From positions 62,001 through 122,538 of the forward strand of contig CBDVDH010000002.1 of the NCBI GenBank assembly GCA_965372715.1: a stretch of DNA of 60,538 nt. The letters run 5' to 3'. This DNA is from an uncultured bacterium (lineage in GTDB: Bacteria; B130-G9). Positions 58,166-60,538 of this stretch are shown piece after piece; within the stretch, counting starts at the first letter, position 1; the number at the start of each line of letters is the position of its first letter. Below the pieces are notes generated by a model, which made no database searches, was not told the DNA's origin, and saw only the letters and a program-made list of their open reading frames with translations. The position numbers and the translations under genes are program-made.

Positions 58166-60001
58166 ATGGCACACCGTGTTTTAGCCTTGGCGGCAGCGAC
58201 CTTGCTGGGTCTGTTGCTCGCCGGGTCATGTTTCGCGCAGCTGGCCGACAGCGCTTGGCCGTGCGCTCATCAGAACCTTCAACGTACGGGGATTTGCCCT
58301 CACAGGCGCGGAGACATCCCGGACCTAACGTGGTCATATCAGGCCGTGGATAAGGTCCTGGGGACACCAATAGTTGGCATAGACAATACGCTGTATTTTA
58401 CTACGCCAATGTATCTCTACGCCTTGGGAGCGAACGGCAACTTCCTGTGGACGTATCAGCTCCTGACTGATGCGGACGCGGGACCTGTTCAGGACGAGAA
58501 CGGAAAGATCTATGTCGCCGGCGCGAATGGTATGGCGTATTCCTTTAATCAGGACGGAACGCTTGATTGGAGCGAGAACATATCGGCCAACGCGTCATTC
58601 GCGCCGACGGTCGGGCCCGATGGGACGATCTACTTCGGGACCCAGGATTATCTTCTCGCGATGAACCCGGACGGCTCGCTGAAGTGGCACTTTGGCGGGG
58701 ATTCGGGCGAGTATAGCAACTTCGCGGCGTCGCCTGCCATTGCGCCGGACGGAACCATCTACTGCCCGTGTAATTCCGGTGGCTGGCAAATGGCTCTTAT
58801 CGCTCTTTCACCCGATCAGGCTGAGCTTCATGAGCCTTTTCTCACAACGAATGCAGAGAAGATAACGCCAGCTATCGGAGATGACGGAACCATCTATCAC
58901 GTTGCGGGCTCCCGTATGTATGCCTTGAGCCCAGACCTGAACCAGCGATGGACAACATCGATTAGCGGTTCGATCAACTCAACGCCCTCGCTGACCGTGA
59001 GGGGCGCGGTTATCATCGTTGGTTCCAACCAGCGCGTCTATTGCTTTGATCAAGACGGCCCGATCAATATGTGGGAACGCGATCTTGGCGGCAATATCGT
59101 TTCGTCGGTCGTGTCGGACCCGGACGGCTACGTCTATTGCATTGGCCCTCAGGGCAATATCGATGCCCTTACGCCGGAAGGCGTTGAGGTCTGGAGCTAT
59201 AGTACTGTCGGGACCATTGATTCACAAGTCGCGATGGGCGAAAACGGTGAGATTTATGTAGGTCTTACAGATGGTAGGATGCTTTGCCTAGGCTCGAGAG
59301 CCAGTGGGAACCAACCACCAACTCTCTCTCGCGGGAGCGTCTGGCCACCGGAGGGCGGTCCAGGGACCAGCTTCCACTTCACCATGAGCTACCACGACCC
59401 GGACGGCGAGGCGCCTCAAGTGGTCATCTGTTGGCTCGATGCGGTTGCCTTCGAGCTGCAGCTCGAGAGCGGGACCGCTGACAACGGGGTTTATGGATTC
59501 TGGCAATCGAACCTCGCCCTGGGAAGTCACTTCTACTACTTCACGGCGACAGACGGCCGTGGCGCGTGGGTTCGGTACCCAGATGACGTTGACTGCTTCC
59601 AGGGCCCTAAGGTGGAATCAGGCGTCACCATAGAGCCGCAGATATTCCTGGTTCTTGAAAAGGATATGTATAGCCCAGGCGATACGCTAAATCTCTACGC
59701 CTATGCAGCGAACTTGTCCGACGATCCGATGTTCGTTGACGTCTATATTGCCTTGCAGTGGTGGGACGGCAAGACGCTGTTGTTCTTGCCGGACCTCAGC
59801 CTCGACCCAACACCGTTGGCATCAGGGATCCTGCTGGGAGCCGACACGGAGACCGACATGTATCTTGTTCTTTCCACGGTCGTTCCAGATGGCCTGCTGG
59901 ACGCAAACTACGCGTTCTTGGGCGCGTTGACCCCTTATGACAACATCAATTACATCTATTCAATAACTTATCAATACTGGCGCTTTCTAGGGAGCGAATA
60001 A
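58166..60001 (+). CDS. Secreted PQQ/BamB-like beta-propeller protein with C-terminal Ig-like domains
   Basis: SD AGGAGG, signal peptide and repeated P.IG.DGTIY..LYAL..DG...W. Confidence 0.88.
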   Translation: MAHRVLALAAATLLGLLLAGSCFAQLADSAWPCAHQNLQRTGICPHRRGDIPDLTWSYQAVDKVLGTPIVGIDNTLYFTTPMYLYALGANGNFLWTYQLLTDADAGPVQDENGKIYVAGANGMAYSFNQDGTLDWSENISANASFAPTVGPDGTIYFGTQDYLLAMNPDGSLKWHFGGDSGEYSNFAASPAIAPDGTIYCPCNSGGWQMALIALSPDQAELHEPFLTTNAEKITPAIGDDGTIYHVAGSRMYALSPDLNQRWTTSISGSINSTPSLTVRGAVIIVGSNQRVYCFDQDGPINMWERDLGGNIVSSVVSDPDGYVYCIGPQGNIDALTPEGVEVWSYSTVGTIDSQVAMGENGEIYVGLTDGRMLCLGSRASGNQPPTLSRGSVWPPEGGPGTSFHFTMSYHDPDGEAPQVVICWLDAVAFELQLESGTADNGVYGFWQSNLALGSHFYYFTATDGRGAWVRYPDDVDCFQGPKVESGVTIEPQIFLVLEKDMYSPGDTLNLYAYAANLSDDPMFVDVYIALQWWDGKTLLFLPDLSLDPTPLASGILLGADTETDMYLVLSTVVPDGLLDANYAFLGALTPYDNINYIYSITYQYWRFLGSE

Positions 60002-60048
60002 GAACCTTTTTTGGCCGGAAGGGGCGCGGGTGTCCCTCGCCCCTTCCC

Positions 60049-60269
60049 CCGAGGCACAGACGCCGAGCCGATCGTCCTTCTCGAGAGATTCCTCGACGCG
60101 TGCGGCAATCTCGATGAGGGGCATTGGTTCGACTATCAGCTCGACCTCTCGTCTGGCCACCACACGATAACTCTCTACTTCGCAAACGAAATGGACCTCA
60201 GCCAGTCCTGGGAGCCAATGCGCCTCCTAATCGGTGGCGTGGGCTTCTTGCCCGCATAGGAGAGAGTCC
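60049..60269 (+). pseudogene. Duplicated, internally deleted 3' end of the 55109-57700 gene
   Basis: Matches 57175-57277 joined to 57583-57710 through CGACCTCTCG. Confidence 0.92.
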
Positions 60270-60276
60270 GCTTCCC

Positions 60277-60329
60277 GTAGGGGCGGCTCACGAGCCGCCC
60301 TTTTGGTGTGGGGCGGGCTTTCTAGCCTG
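60277..60329. repeat. REP-like pair
   Basis: GTAGGGGCGGCTCACGAGCCGCCC and TGTGGGGCGGGCTTTCTAGCCTG, like those at 981-1121. Confidence 0.8.
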
Positions 60330-60538
60330 GCAGAACATTTTTTGTCCGCAGATTACGTAGATTCAGGGTACCCCTGCCTCGGCTCTTCGTGTTTTTTGGT
60401 GTCCTTCGTGGATCATCTCTCATCCATTGATCAGTTGACCTTTTCTCCTTTTCTCCCGTTTCTGTCTTATACAAGCTCTCAATCCCAAAAATCAGATTGA
60501 CGGCAAAGGACATGGAGGGATGAACAGGTTTTTTCGCT

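Overview
GC-rich chromosomal window from a probably diderm bacterium, judged from LpxL-like and HldE-like genes. It has three layers. (1) Housekeeping genes: htrA, leuC-like, the minus-strand run tRNA-Val(GAC)-thrS-infC-rpmI-rplT-zapB-like-zapA-6S RNA-rny-ymdB, rfaE2, ROK kinase, lepA, pgsA, comM/yifB and xerC. (2) Envelope and secreted genes: several GT-C-type membrane proteins, an O-antigen ligase-TPR protein, GT2/GT4 enzymes, beta-helix and beta-propeller proteins and a C25-like protease. Four secreted proteins share an unrecognised ~120-aa module. (3) Accessory and defence material: an Sll1717-like ATPase, an orphan MTase with a collapsed partner gene, HigBA/ImmA, two AAA+DUF4276 modules (one gutted), and an amber-interrupted IS200/RAYT-type tnpA beside a REP array. 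The most unusual signals are three integrase-free cargo segments, each bracketed by a duplicated host-gene terminus (both ends of comM, and the 3' end of the 863-aa gene). Also notable are genes reduced to head and tail remnants, a closed-rod RNA candidate between rny and ymdB, an (ACGGG)4 frameshift, and many short-period repeats at gene boundaries. No CRISPR array, rRNA or reverse transcriptase was seen. All family assignments are by eye from motifs, with no searches run.
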